DNA of 32,000 bases from Synechococcus elongatus PCC 6301. Its GTDB lineage: Bacteria > Cyanobacteriota > Cyanobacteriia > Synechococcales > Synechococcaceae. Below are positions 1-8,931 of the stretch, in pieces. The stretch lies in assembly GCF_000010065.1 (NCBI RefSeq), contig NC_006576.1, forward strand, positions 1,260,001-1,292,000. The letters run 5' to 3'. Made by a program: the position numbers and the translations under genes. Every line of letters starts with the position of its first letter. The first letter of the stretch is position 1. Under the pieces are notes generated by a model. It was not told the DNA's origin and ran no database searches. It was given only the letters and a program-made list of their open reading frames with translations.

Positions 1-54
1 GAGGTAATCGCTGACGCCAGCGACACTAATGGCAGACAGGCCGCGATCGCCCAT
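1..54 (-). CDS. possible 5' end of a divergently transcribed gene running off the left edge (MGDRGLSAISVAGVSDYL...)
   Basis: Open minus-strand frame from an ATG at 54 to the window edge, divergent from the transporter at 192; too short to identify. Confidence 0.25.
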   Translation of the reverse strand, partial: MGDRGLSAISVAGVSDYL

Positions 55-191
55 GGTTACCCAACCCTTCTCTTCGCAAACAGCACCGCCCTGCCAGTCT
101 GACTCAACGCACGAAATCAGACACGGCAGGCACCAAAAATTGCAGGACGAGAACGATACAATCGCCTCCATCCTGTTCGGCCTCTTCCACC

Positions 192-1115
192 ATGCAATCC
201 AGTTTTCTCTCAGCGGTGCTACTGCCGCTGGCGCTTGTGATCATCATGTTTGGCATGGGCCTGACGCTGACGGTGCAGGACTTTCGCCGGGTTTGGATTG
301 CGCCCAAGGCCGTGGCGATCGGCTTGATCGCGCAGCTCGTGATGCTGCCCCTGCCGGGATCTGCGATCGCCTCGCTGACGCCCCTCTCTCCCGAGCTCGC
401 CGTCGGGGTAATTATTTTGGCGGCTTGCCCTGGTGGCCCAACCTCTAATCTCTTTACTTTTTTGGCGGCGGGGGATGTTGCCCTTTCGATTACACTGACC
501 GCCATCAGTAGCCTCATCACCGTTTTCTCGATTCCCTGGGTCGTCAACCTCGGGCTCCAAGCCTTTTTAGATCAGACATCGACCTTTCAGCTACCGTTTG
601 GCCCCACGGTGGTTCAGATTGCCGTTGTTGCGATCATTCCAGTTGTTTTGGGCATGCTCGTCCGGCACTATGCCCCCCAGCTAGCCCAGCGCACCGATCG
701 CAGCCTGCGTTGGATTTCGACCGCTTTTCTGGCTGCGGTCATTGTTGGTTTCTTTGCCCAAGAACGGCAGAATATCCTCGCCTTCTTCCAGTCCGTGGGG
801 GGCGTTGTACTTCTTCTCAATCTGTTGGCCATGGCACTGGGAGTTGGTCTAGCTAGCCTGACTCGCTTGGGCTACGCCCGTGCTACCACGATCGGCCTTG
901 AAGTCGGTATCCAAAACGGAACCTTAGCGATCGCGATTGCGGCCTCTCCCACGCTCTTAAACAATCCAGCAATGGCCATTCCAGCAGCCATCTACAGCTT
1001 AGTGATGTTTATGACAGGAGGTATTTTTGTCTGGCTGCGCCAACGCTATCAACCTACACGGGCTGTTCAAACAGCAGCAGAAGTGCCCGCAGCAGTAGGC
1101 TCACATCTCGAATAA
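192..1115 (+). CDS. bile acid:sodium symporter (BASS) family transporter
   Basis: 307-aa hydrophobic ORF with the BASS-like pattern MFGMGLTLTVQDFRRV...ACPGGPTSNLFTFLAAGDVALSITLT...EVGIQNGTLAIAIA. Confidence 0.85.
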   Translation: MQSSFLSAVLLPLALVIIMFGMGLTLTVQDFRRVWIAPKAVAIGLIAQLVMLPLPGSAIASLTPLSPELAVGVIILAACPGGPTSNLFTFLAAGDVALSITLTAISSLITVFSIPWVVNLGLQAFLDQTSTFQLPFGPTVVQIAVVAIIPVVLGMLVRHYAPQLAQRTDRSLRWISTAFLAAVIVGFFAQERQNILAFFQSVGGVVLLLNLLAMALGVGLASLTRLGYARATTIGLEVGIQNGTLAIAIAASPTLLNNPAMAIPAAIYSLVMFMTGGIFVWLRQRYQPTRAVQTAAEVPAAVGSHLE

Positions 1116-1149
1116 CAGCAGCCAGCATTGTTGAGAGAGTGGCGAAACT

Positions 1150-3333
1150 CTAGGCCTGCAAGTAGTGCTGCCGCAGTTGTTGATCCTGCAATTGCTCACT
1201 CTGGCGGTGCAGTAGCCAACGGTAGAGCGCGATCGCAACAGTGGGATAGCTGGCCTCAAGTTCAGTCAAAGCCGCACGGTTTAGCCCGTAGACCATACAT
1301 CGACCCACGGCGATCGCTGTTTGAGGCTGGGTATCTCCGCGTAAAAACGCGAGTTCACCGCAGGGGCTGCCTGCCAGCACTTGACGGGCATCCCATGCCT
1401 CAGTGGCTTGCAGATGCAATTCACCGCGTTCTAGCCAGTAAATAGTATCCGCGCGATCGCCCTGTTGATAGAGCACTTCACCGTCTTTCAGTTGCGATCG
1501 CTGCCAGAACTGCAGTGGGACATCACAGTCATCGGGAAGTGCTAATAATTCTGGTAAGAGCAAAGCAAACGGTAAACTTTTGGGCCGTCTTGCATACTGA
1601 TCCAGCAGTTTGGCTTCCGCAGCTTGTAAGGCTGTATTCAAATCAGGAAATTGCTGATGCTCGGGTAGTAGCTGCAAAAATGGTCGCAGGGGTTTCTGAT
1701 AGTCGCTGGCGATCGCCGCCACCCAAAGTTGAATCGATTGCGCTTGCAATTCCACGGCAAAGCGGCTGAAGACTTCAGCCGTTGAGGAATCCGCTCCTGT
1801 CACGGCTTGATAGTCCAACAGCACTAAGTTGATTGAAACCTTACTTTGCTGCAGGCGATCGCGAACTGTTGACACAATCCGGCGAGCCGTTCCAAAGAAT
1901 AGGTAGCCTTGGAGCGACACCACTTGGAGCACAGCACCGCGCCGCCGCAGAATTGATTGTTGCGTTTCTACCCGCTCAATATTGCTGTGGAGATAGGCAC
2001 CAGTCGCCATTGATCGGATGGCAGGAGCACGACAATAACTAACAACAAAGGTCAAGCTACTGAAAACAATGCCGGCGGTAATTGCCTCTAGAAATCCTCC
2101 GACAATACTAATACCTAAAATCGCGATCGTAACCCAATATTCCCGTTGAGGTAGCAGTCGAATCGAGCGAAACACCCAGCGATCGATGTAGACCAATCCG
2201 ATGTTAACCAGGAGACCCGCCAAGATGGGCTTACACAACCAAGACGCTAAGTCTCCAAGGGCGATCGCAATCAACATTAGAACCGCAGCAACCCCAGCCG
2301 CCAGAGGAGTTGAGGCACCAGCCAAGCGGTTTAAGGTACTGCGGCTACCGGAGAGTAAGCCGGGGGAAAAGCCCCCGAACGGCAACATAATCAGGTTTGC
2401 AAGCCCCGTTCTTTGCAATTCCTGATTGAGATCCAGCTCTCGTTTTTCAACGTTTTCGAGGCTACTGAGATTGAGCGTTAGCGAGATTGCCGCCAGCAAA
2501 ATCAGAACTGGGATCAGGGCAATCTGCGGCAGCAGCAAAGCCCAGTCGATGCTAGGAATTCGGGGCCAATCCCAAAAGAAGACGATGCGAGGGGCAAGCG
2601 GCGGCAAAAACCAGCCGAATTGCGCTGCCTCTGCAAGGGAGTAGCCCAAACCAACCCGCACCAACTGTGCACCTACCAAGCCAGCTAGCAGCAGGACTGG
2701 CGTAATCCAAACACGCTTCGATCGCGTGCCCAATTGCCAGAGCAACAAGCCAAAGACGACTGCAACCAGGATTTTGGCAGCCGAATCCACGCTCCAGAGG
2801 CGTTCTAAGGTTGCCCCAGAAATCTTGAAGCCCAAGGCAACATTCAGCCCCCCGGTCAGTAGCAGCCAACCCGTCGCCGCTAAAAAGCCCCCCACAACCG
2901 GGTACGGAATGTAGCGCAACCATTCGCCAATTCCACAGCGACCCATTAACCAAAGCGCCACCCCAATACAGGCTGTGGCCACAACCCAGTAGATCAACAG
3001 GGTCACGCCCAACATGCGGGTGTCTGCCAAGGCTTCTGACTGACTGATGGCTGCGGCGATCACAGCCAACAAAGAGTAGATCCGTGAGTCCGGCGTCGCC
3101 AAACCGTAGGGCAACCCACGGCGATTCACAGCAAAAAAATTGAGACAGGCCGTACTGATCAAGAGTGCTGCCAGACCTGAAGCCAAGTAGGGACTCAGGA
3201 CATTGCTATATATCAGCAAGCCGGCAGAAATGTTTTCACCCAGTAGCAATAGACCTGAGACAAGTCCTGCCAAGATGTTGCGCAACGGTGCTGACTTCAG
3301 ATCAGCGATCAGCCGTTGCCCTACCCACGCCAT
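1150..3333 (-). CDS. SulP-family anion permease with C-terminal STAS and cyclic-nucleotide-binding-like domains
   Basis: 727-aa ORF: multi-TM SulP core (LRYIPYPVVGGFLAATGWLLLTGG; PFGGFSPG), then STAS-like segment (INLVLLDYQAVTGADSSTAEVF), then cNMP-binding-like segment (LKDGEVLYQQGDRADTIYWLERGELHL...GELAFLRG). Confidence 0.85.
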   Translation of the reverse strand: MAWVGQRLIADLKSAPLRNILAGLVSGLLLLGENISAGLLIYSNVLSPYLASGLAALLISTACLNFFAVNRRGLPYGLATPDSRIYSLLAVIAAAISQSEALADTRMLGVTLLIYWVVATACIGVALWLMGRCGIGEWLRYIPYPVVGGFLAATGWLLLTGGLNVALGFKISGATLERLWSVDSAAKILVAVVFGLLLWQLGTRSKRVWITPVLLLAGLVGAQLVRVGLGYSLAEAAQFGWFLPPLAPRIVFFWDWPRIPSIDWALLLPQIALIPVLILLAAISLTLNLSSLENVEKRELDLNQELQRTGLANLIMLPFGGFSPGLLSGSRSTLNRLAGASTPLAAGVAAVLMLIAIALGDLASWLCKPILAGLLVNIGLVYIDRWVFRSIRLLPQREYWVTIAILGISIVGGFLEAITAGIVFSSLTFVVSYCRAPAIRSMATGAYLHSNIERVETQQSILRRRGAVLQVVSLQGYLFFGTARRIVSTVRDRLQQSKVSINLVLLDYQAVTGADSSTAEVFSRFAVELQAQSIQLWVAAIASDYQKPLRPFLQLLPEHQQFPDLNTALQAAEAKLLDQYARRPKSLPFALLLPELLALPDDCDVPLQFWQRSQLKDGEVLYQQGDRADTIYWLERGELHLQATEAWDARQVLAGSPCGELAFLRGDTQPQTAIAVGRCMVYGLNRAALTELEASYPTVAIALYRWLLHRQSEQLQDQQLRQHYLQA

Positions 3334-3445
3334 CAGAAGTACTGGCTAAAGTCTGCTTGGCAATCCTAACCTCTGACTAGTTCGGTGGCTGACTTTCCCG
3401 AATTAAGCCTCTAAGCTCAACACAGAGGTTTTCTGCGAGCAAGTC

Positions 3446-3583
3446 ATGACGCCTTCCCGTTGGGGTTCTCTGATTGTTGTAGCGATCGCTGTCGGGCTCG
3501 CGATCGCCTTCAACATCGATGAACTCGCTGCCTTGATTGGCGCGACCGAAGCCAAGGAAGAGGTGCAAACGCCGGCTCAGTAA
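3446..3583 (+). CDS. putative 45-aa single-TM small protein (MTPSRWGSLIVVAIAVGLAIAFNIDELAALIGATEAKEEVQTPAQ)
   Basis: Hand translation of the + strand; ATG to TAA; hydrophobic N-terminal helix followed by an acidic tail. Below the ORF-track cutoff. Confidence 0.4.
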   Translation: MTPSRWGSLIVVAIAVGLAIAFNIDELAALIGATEAKEEVQTPAQ

Positions 3584-4152
3584 GGGCGTCCCCGGTAGGT
3601 CCGCTGAGCCTTAGGGGCTGGAGGAACAGAGGGTTCAGCCACTGATGGTGCAGGGAGTGCAACCGTCTCAGTCGCTTCAGCTTTGGGTTCCAACAACTTC
3701 GGCAGAATTTGAATCAGGGCCTGTTGATCGAGATTCGGCAATCCCAAAACACCACTGGTACGCCCCAGTGCTGTCAGTAAATCTGTCAACAGCGAATCGG
3801 TTTGGAAGGCTGGCAACAAATCCTGAGCCCCTTGAGACATCGCCCAACGCTGTTCAGATTCCGCGATCTGGGTCTGAGTACTGTTAGTTAACAGAACCTT
3901 GACGCTGGGGTGTTGCTCCCGGCAAAACCGACAGAAGGCAAAGGGATTCATACCTTCTGTAGCCATGTCAACAATGATCAAGTCGGGCAGGGTGAGACCT
4001 GCTGAGGCCATTTGTCCCAACATATTGCTGAGATCAACATCTGCTCCTTCTTTGATGACCGTAATTGATTGAGAGGCCAACGCCGTGGACCAAACCTCAG
4101 ATTGGAAGGGGTCTACTTGGACGAGAAGTGCAGTCTTAGAAGTAGCAGCCAT
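3577..4152 (-). CDS. response-regulator receiver-like protein, degenerate, with C-terminal YRG-type tail
   Basis: ORF 3577..4260 with likely start at 4152 (MAATSKTALLVQVDPFQSEVW...LIIVDMATEG...VKVLLTNS...GAQDLLPAF); tail ends TYRGRPY. Confidence 0.65.
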   Translation of the reverse strand: MAATSKTALLVQVDPFQSEVWSTALASQSITVIKEGADVDLSNMLGQMASAGLTLPDLIIVDMATEGMNPFAFCRFCREQHPSVKVLLTNSTQTQIAESEQRWAMSQGAQDLLPAFQTDSLLTDLLTALGRTSGVLGLPNLDQQALIQILPKLLEPKAEATETVALPAPSVAEPSVPPAPKAQRTYRGRPY

Positions 4153-4465
4153 GGGAAAGGCAATGAGGTTGGATTCGTTAGAACCCGAATGTGCTGAAGA
4201 GTACATGGGTTTAAGGAGCAAGTGAATGCCGGAAGCGGGTAGTATTCGGAGTTCTAACAAAGATTACTCAACCGAACCGGTCATGATGAACAGTTTGGCT
4301 CTTGCCTTCTCAAGAAGCGTAGGGGGCTCAATATTTTTCTGATAGAGAAATATCTATTGGTAGGTATTTATGTATATTTTGCAACCAACAAGAGCCTGGC
4401 CTCAAAGGAGTTTGGTAAGAAACTCTTAGTCAATTAGAAGACGAGTACGCTCGGGACGGTCAAAC

Positions 4466-5017
4466 CTAGGCAAGCCGTTGTTCTAAGTATTGACCAATCA
4501 TAATTTCTTCACCTGCCCGAGAAATGATGGTCTGGCGGGTGCGGTAATGCTGTCCAATCAGACGGCATTCTTCCTCAAAACTAGAGCCCCCATACTCACT
4601 GCGCAGAGTCAAGGTATCAGGGTTGCTGAGCTGGAACTGGGCAACTACAGGGTTACGGGTGGCAAAGCCACTGTCTCGGTAGAGGCGATCGCCCAGGACG
4701 CCAAAAACGGTGCGTCCAGTTTGGGTCTTACCTTCTGGCCCTTGGTATTCGCTGTGCCAAGTGACGCAAGCTCCGCAGAGTAGGGGCACATCCAATTGGT
4801 GGAGGGCCGCTAATTCCAGCAGGTCACCATCACCTTGGGTGAGGGCTGTGACCCCAATCGTGCTGATCACCTCTTGTACATCGCCACTTTTGAGGGTGTA
4901 GTAACGACGCTGGGAATGCCATTGTCCGTGCGATCGCTGGAAGTAATCTTCAACAGCAGCGAGGGGTGCAGTCAGCAAGCGATCGGGCATGCGAGACTCC
5001 TGGTTACGTGCCGGCAT
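4466..5017 (-). CDS. phycobiliprotein lyase, CpcS/CpeS family
   Basis: YFQRSHGQWHSQRRYYTL...G.V.WHSEY...GRTVFGVLGDRLYRDSGFATRNPVVAQFQLSNPDTLTLRSEYGGSSFEEECRLIGQHYRTRQTI resembles the CpcS/CpeS pattern. Start at 5017 (alternative 4990) instead of the ORF-track 5125, which would overlap the upstream gene. Confidence 0.75.
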   Translation of the reverse strand: MPARNQESRMPDRLLTAPLAAVEDYFQRSHGQWHSQRRYYTLKSGDVQEVISTIGVTALTQGDGDLLELAALHQLDVPLLCGACVTWHSEYQGPEGKTQTGRTVFGVLGDRLYRDSGFATRNPVVAQFQLSNPDTLTLRSEYGGSSFEEECRLIGQHYRTRQTIISRAGEEIMIGQYLEQRLA

Positions 5018-5088
5018 GCTAAGAGCGACCTCTTGCGAACGGATGTAACCATCGTAACAATTTGTTAAATTTGTGGGCGATCGATCGC

Positions 5089-5373
5089 CTATTTCGCTTC
5101 CAGTGCAGCAGCAAAATCTGCCCAAGTCTGCGGAGGAGCGAGAGGCTGCTCCGCATTGTAGGGACTGCGAAAGCGCTGCACTGACTGGATCGTCGCCGAC
5201 GCCGGAAGCACAGGAACATCCGGGTCAAAGTCTGTCGGCTGGGTCAGCGAACTGGAGAAGCCTCGAAAGACCAGCAACTCGACCGCTTTGCCCTGATCCT
5301 CGGCCAAAACCCGCAAGACCCAATCCCGGTGGCGCAGGCTGTACTGCTCTAGCTGATGAATCGGTAGTGTCAT
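5089..5373 (-). CDS. conserved cyanobacterial hypothetical protein (94 aa)
   Basis: Intact ORF MTLPIHQLEQYSLRHRDWVLRVLAEDQGKAVELLVFRGFSSSL..., co-directional with and just upstream of the CpcS-like gene. Confidence 0.7.
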   Translation of the reverse strand: MTLPIHQLEQYSLRHRDWVLRVLAEDQGKAVELLVFRGFSSSLTQPTDFDPDVPVLPASATIQSVQRFRSPYNAEQPLAPPQTWADFAAALEAK

Positions 5374-5398
5374 GGGCAGCGCTTCCTCTCCAGTGGCC

Positions 5399-5998
5399 CT
5401 AGAGGGCGCAGCGACCTTGACGGGGCAGGCGAGTCAGCAGGAATTGCACCAAGCACAGCCCGTAGACCACAAGCCCAAAAACCCCAAAAAAGCTGATTAG
5501 GCCCGGTTTATAACCACTCAACAGCCATTCCCGCAGGCCATAGGGTGGCGACAGCCAAAAATTACAGACGGCATCTTGAACGATCGCCTCACGGGGCAAA
5601 AAGCTGCAGGGTAGCGATCGCGCGCTGAGGATCAAACCAAAGCCTGAATAGACTGTGACCGCCCAGCGCCAAGCGGTGAAGCCCAGCCGCAGCGGACGGA
5701 AGCGAGGTAGGTCCTCGACTTCTTCGTTCAAATCCACCCAGAACCACAGGCTGATTGGAATCAGTAGTCGCGCTAGGAATCCTGTCAGAAAGCTGATCGG
5801 CAGGGCTGCCACCATCATCAACACGGTGATCGCCAACAGACTGGCAACCCGCCAGTAGATCAGCATCAGCCGCTGAATCGCTTCCAGTTTGCTGAACAGC
5901 GACCAGCCCAGCAGCACCAAGGGGATGAAGACCAAAATCAACACGGCGAGGCGATAGTCCGTCCACACCAGCGATCGCAGCAGGGTTTGCGAAATCAT
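5399..5998 (-). CDS. DUF3177-like integral membrane protein
   Basis: 199-aa ORF with several hydrophobic helices (WTDYRLAVLILVFIPLVLLGW...FWVDLNEEVEDLPRFRPLRLGFTAWRWAVTVYSGFG). Confidence 0.65.
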   Translation of the reverse strand: MISQTLLRSLVWTDYRLAVLILVFIPLVLLGWSLFSKLEAIQRLMLIYWRVASLLAITVLMMVAALPISFLTGFLARLLIPISLWFWVDLNEEVEDLPRFRPLRLGFTAWRWAVTVYSGFGLILSARSLPCSFLPREAIVQDAVCNFWLSPPYGLREWLLSGYKPGLISFFGVFGLVVYGLCLVQFLLTRLPRQGRCAL

Positions 5999-6122
5999 GC
6001 GTTCCTAGCCAGCAGAACAGCGCGATCGCCCCAGCAAGGCTCAATCACGCAAAAGGCTCAGGAAATTCTTCCCAAGCCTGTCGATCAGCATACCGCCCGT
6101 GGGTGAGCGTTGATTGAGGTGA

Positions 6123-6350
6123 CTAGTCGTCGTAGATCAGGCACTCAGCGGCATCGGGATTTTCGCTGCAGTAGTCACCGAAGAACGGTTCAGTCTCAGA
6201 CTTTTGTTGCCGTTGGTGGGCGGCTTCAGCTTGCAGCTCTTCAACGGCATCCCATGCAGCCGCTGCATCCGGTGAGGTCGCGCCTTTCTCTTCACTGATA
6301 GCGTGGGCCTCTTGCCGGGCCTGTTCAATTTTTTCTTGAATGTCGCTCAT
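6123..6350 (-). CDS. cp12: Calvin cycle regulator CP12
   Basis: 75 aa MSDIQEKIEQARQEAHAI...AAWDAVEELQAEAAHQRQQK...YCSENPDAAECLIYDD; AWDxVEEL core and C-terminal Cys pair diagnostic of CP12. Confidence 0.93.
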   Translation of the reverse strand: MSDIQEKIEQARQEAHAISEEKGATSPDAAAAWDAVEELQAEAAHQRQQKSETEPFFGDYCSENPDAAECLIYDD

Positions 6351-6582
6351 GCGGATGACCTTCTCAGCACCGTAGGGCGGAGTTTTGCTCTCCGCTCAGT
6401 CACCATCACACTAGCAAACGCTGTCCGCTTTTTGTGCGATCGCCCAAGGGTTCCAGCCGCGAGCCACAATCCATTGGAATTGGTCATCCCCTTGGTTCTC
6501 TCGCTTCCCCCAAGAGCACACACAGGAGAGTATCGTCAGAACAGGCAGGTAATGCTCTCGGTCTTTTGCGATCGCCACGCCC

Positions 6583-7779
6583 ATGCAGTGGAGTTGTGCT
6601 CTCTCAACCCGTCCTTCCTTGGAGCTTGCGCTGCAGGAAGTGGTGGCGCAGGCTTGTTCTGACCTGTCTGTTGCGCCTGATCTAGGCCTGATTTTCGTTT
6701 CAGCCAGCTTTGCCAGCGATTTTCCACGGCTGCTGCCGCTGCTGCAGGAAAAACTGCAAGTTCCCCGTCTGCTGGGCTGTTGTGGCGGTGGCATCGTCGG
6801 CACTCAGCAGGGTACCGGCGTGGAATGTGAGCAGCAACCCGCACTGACGCTGTTGTTGGCCAGTCTACCCGGGGTGCGAGCAACACCCTTTCACCTCAGC
6901 CCCGAGGCGCTGCCGGATCTCGATAGTCCACCCCAAGCTTGGATTGAAGCGATCGGGGTCAATCCCAGCGATGATCCTCAGTTCCTCCTGATGGTCGATC
7001 CCTTTAGCGCCAAGATTGAGGATCTGCTGCAAGGGCTGGATTTCGCCTATCCCGAGGCCGTGAAAGTGGGCGGATTGGCCAGTGGTTTGGGGGCAGAGTC
7101 AGCGATCGCCAGCTTGTTTTTTCAAGACCGACAGGTCGATGGCGTGATTGGGCTAGCCCTCAGTGGCAATGTCCAGCTGCAGGCGATCGTGGCTCAGGGC
7201 TGTCGTCCAGTTGGCCCGCTTTGGCATGTGGCAGCGGCGGAGCGCAACATTCTGCGGCAACTTCAGACCGAAGACGAGGAACCGATCGCCGCGCTGCAAG
7301 CCCTACAGTCAGTCCTGCGTGATCTCTCCCCTGAATTACAGCGATCGCTCTGTGTGGGCCTGGCCTGCAATTCTTTCCAAACGGTATTACAACCGGGCGA
7401 CTTCCTGATCCGTAACCTGCTGGGGTTTGATCCCCGCACTGGTGCTGTAGCAATCGGCGATCGCATTCGAGTTGGGCAGCGGCTGCAGCTGCACGTACGG
7501 GATGCCCAGACAGCGGCGGATGACCTCGAGCGGCAACTGGGGCAATGGTGCCGGCAGCATGCGACAAAACCAGCAGCTTCCCTCTTGTTTTCCTGCTTGG
7601 GGCGCGGCAAGCCCTTCTATCAGCAGGCCAACTTCGAGTCGCAACTGATTCAGCATTACCTCTCAGAGCTGCCCCTAGCTGGCTTTTTCTGTAATGGCGA
7701 AATCGGCCCGATCGCTGGCAGCACCTACCTGCATGGCTACACATCGGTGCTGGCTTTGCTGTCGGCCAAAACTCACTAG
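6583..7779 (+). CDS. FIST N/C domain signal-transduction protein
   Basis: 398-aa ORF with FIST-type motifs (GCCGGGIVG; KVGGLASG; LLFSCLGRGKPFY; GFFCNGEIGPIAGSTYLHGYTSVLAL). Confidence 0.8.
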   Translation: MQWSCALSTRPSLELALQEVVAQACSDLSVAPDLGLIFVSASFASDFPRLLPLLQEKLQVPRLLGCCGGGIVGTQQGTGVECEQQPALTLLLASLPGVRATPFHLSPEALPDLDSPPQAWIEAIGVNPSDDPQFLLMVDPFSAKIEDLLQGLDFAYPEAVKVGGLASGLGAESAIASLFFQDRQVDGVIGLALSGNVQLQAIVAQGCRPVGPLWHVAAAERNILRQLQTEDEEPIAALQALQSVLRDLSPELQRSLCVGLACNSFQTVLQPGDFLIRNLLGFDPRTGAVAIGDRIRVGQRLQLHVRDAQTAADDLERQLGQWCRQHATKPAASLLFSCLGRGKPFYQQANFESQLIQHYLSELPLAGFFCNGEIGPIAGSTYLHGYTSVLALLSAKTH

Positions 7780-8862
7780 CGCCAGCGAGACCTGATTGTC
7801 GATCTGCTGAGCGCGACTGTAGCGCTGGAAATAGGCCCGCACCTGAGCAGGCGCATCGGCCAAGCTGACCGTAGTATCACCGTCAGCCACCCCCGCCCAG
7901 AAATTCCGCAACATCGGCAGGAGAGCGATCGCCTCCGCCTCCGATAAATTCAACGGCTCATGGGTCAACAGGCGGATCAGGTAGCTCTGACTGCGATCGC
8001 CCATCCATTCCCGCGAAAACGTTTGTAAATCAGTCTGATCCGGTAGCGATCGCACCCGACGGGACTCTAGTTCTAGTTGCCAACCTTCAGCGGCAGGTTG
8101 TACGGTTCCGAGTCGGTAGGGATGGGGATAGCTGACCAAGGAACCGGTCGTGACTTCCCAGAGAGCACCTTGCTGACTGGTGGCTTGGATGTGGAGGTGG
8201 CCTGTGAAGATCACCGAGACGCTGCCCGCTTCGAGGATTGATCGCAATTCCTCGGCATTTTCTAAGATGTAGCGCTGACCAAGCGGATGCTGCTGTTGAT
8301 CGGGCAGATGCTCCAACACATTGTGGTGAATCATCACCCAGCGTTGGCTAGCGGTGGAAGTGGCGAGTTCTTGTTGCAGCCAGTTGAGTTGCGCGCAATC
8401 GACTCGCCCCCGATGCAGTTGATGGCCCGCTTCATCAAAAGCGATCGAATTCAGCGCAAACAGATCGAGATCCGGTGCGATCGTGCAGCGATAGTAGGGG
8501 CGATCGCTCGTGAAGCCAAAGTCTTGATAGAGCTCGACAAACTCGGCCACACCGGTGCGATCGCGATCGCTCGCTGCGGCGGGCATATCGTGGTTGCCCG
8601 GCACCACATAGACCGGATAGGGCAACTGGCGCAATTGTTGCAGCAGCCACTGATGGTTTTCCCGCTCCCCGTGCTGGGTTAAATCCCCCGGCAGCAACAG
8701 GAAGTCCAAATCCAGCGCTGCCAGTTCTGTCAGGATTTGCTCAAAAGCCGGAATGCTGCACTCAATCAAATGGAAGCGATGGGGATGGTGCCAAATTGTC
8801 TGCGGCAGTCCAATGTGGAGATCGCTCAGCAGCGCAAATCGAAACGCTCGGTTCATTGCCAT
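7675..8862 (-). CDS. calcineurin-like metallophosphoesterase
   Basis: LLSDLHIG, LPGDLTQHG, VVPGNHD, MIHHNVLEH and GHLHIQ metal-binding motifs in order. Confidence 0.9.
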   Translation of the reverse strand: MAMNRAFRFALLSDLHIGLPQTIWHHPHRFHLIECSIPAFEQILTELAALDLDFLLLPGDLTQHGERENHQWLLQQLRQLPYPVYVVPGNHDMPAAASDRDRTGVAEFVELYQDFGFTSDRPYYRCTIAPDLDLFALNSIAFDEAGHQLHRGRVDCAQLNWLQQELATSTASQRWVMIHHNVLEHLPDQQQHPLGQRYILENAEELRSILEAGSVSVIFTGHLHIQATSQQGALWEVTTGSLVSYPHPYRLGTVQPAAEGWQLELESRRVRSLPDQTDLQTFSREWMGDRSQSYLIRLLTHEPLNLSEAEAIALLPMLRNFWAGVADGDTTVSLADAPAQVRAYFQRYSRAQQIDNQVSLALVSFGRQQSQHRCVAMQVGAASDRADFAITEKAS

Positions 8863-8931
8863 CCCCTCAGCTATCGAGCCCGATTCTAGGCGAAGCTAGG
8901 TCGAGTCCGTTGTCTTCAGTTGCAAGCATTC

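Noticed and set aside
3377-3568. 63-aa minus ORF between the SulP and receiver-like genes
   Set aside because: Charged, low-complexity product with no motif; the opposite strand 45-aa ORF looks more protein-like.
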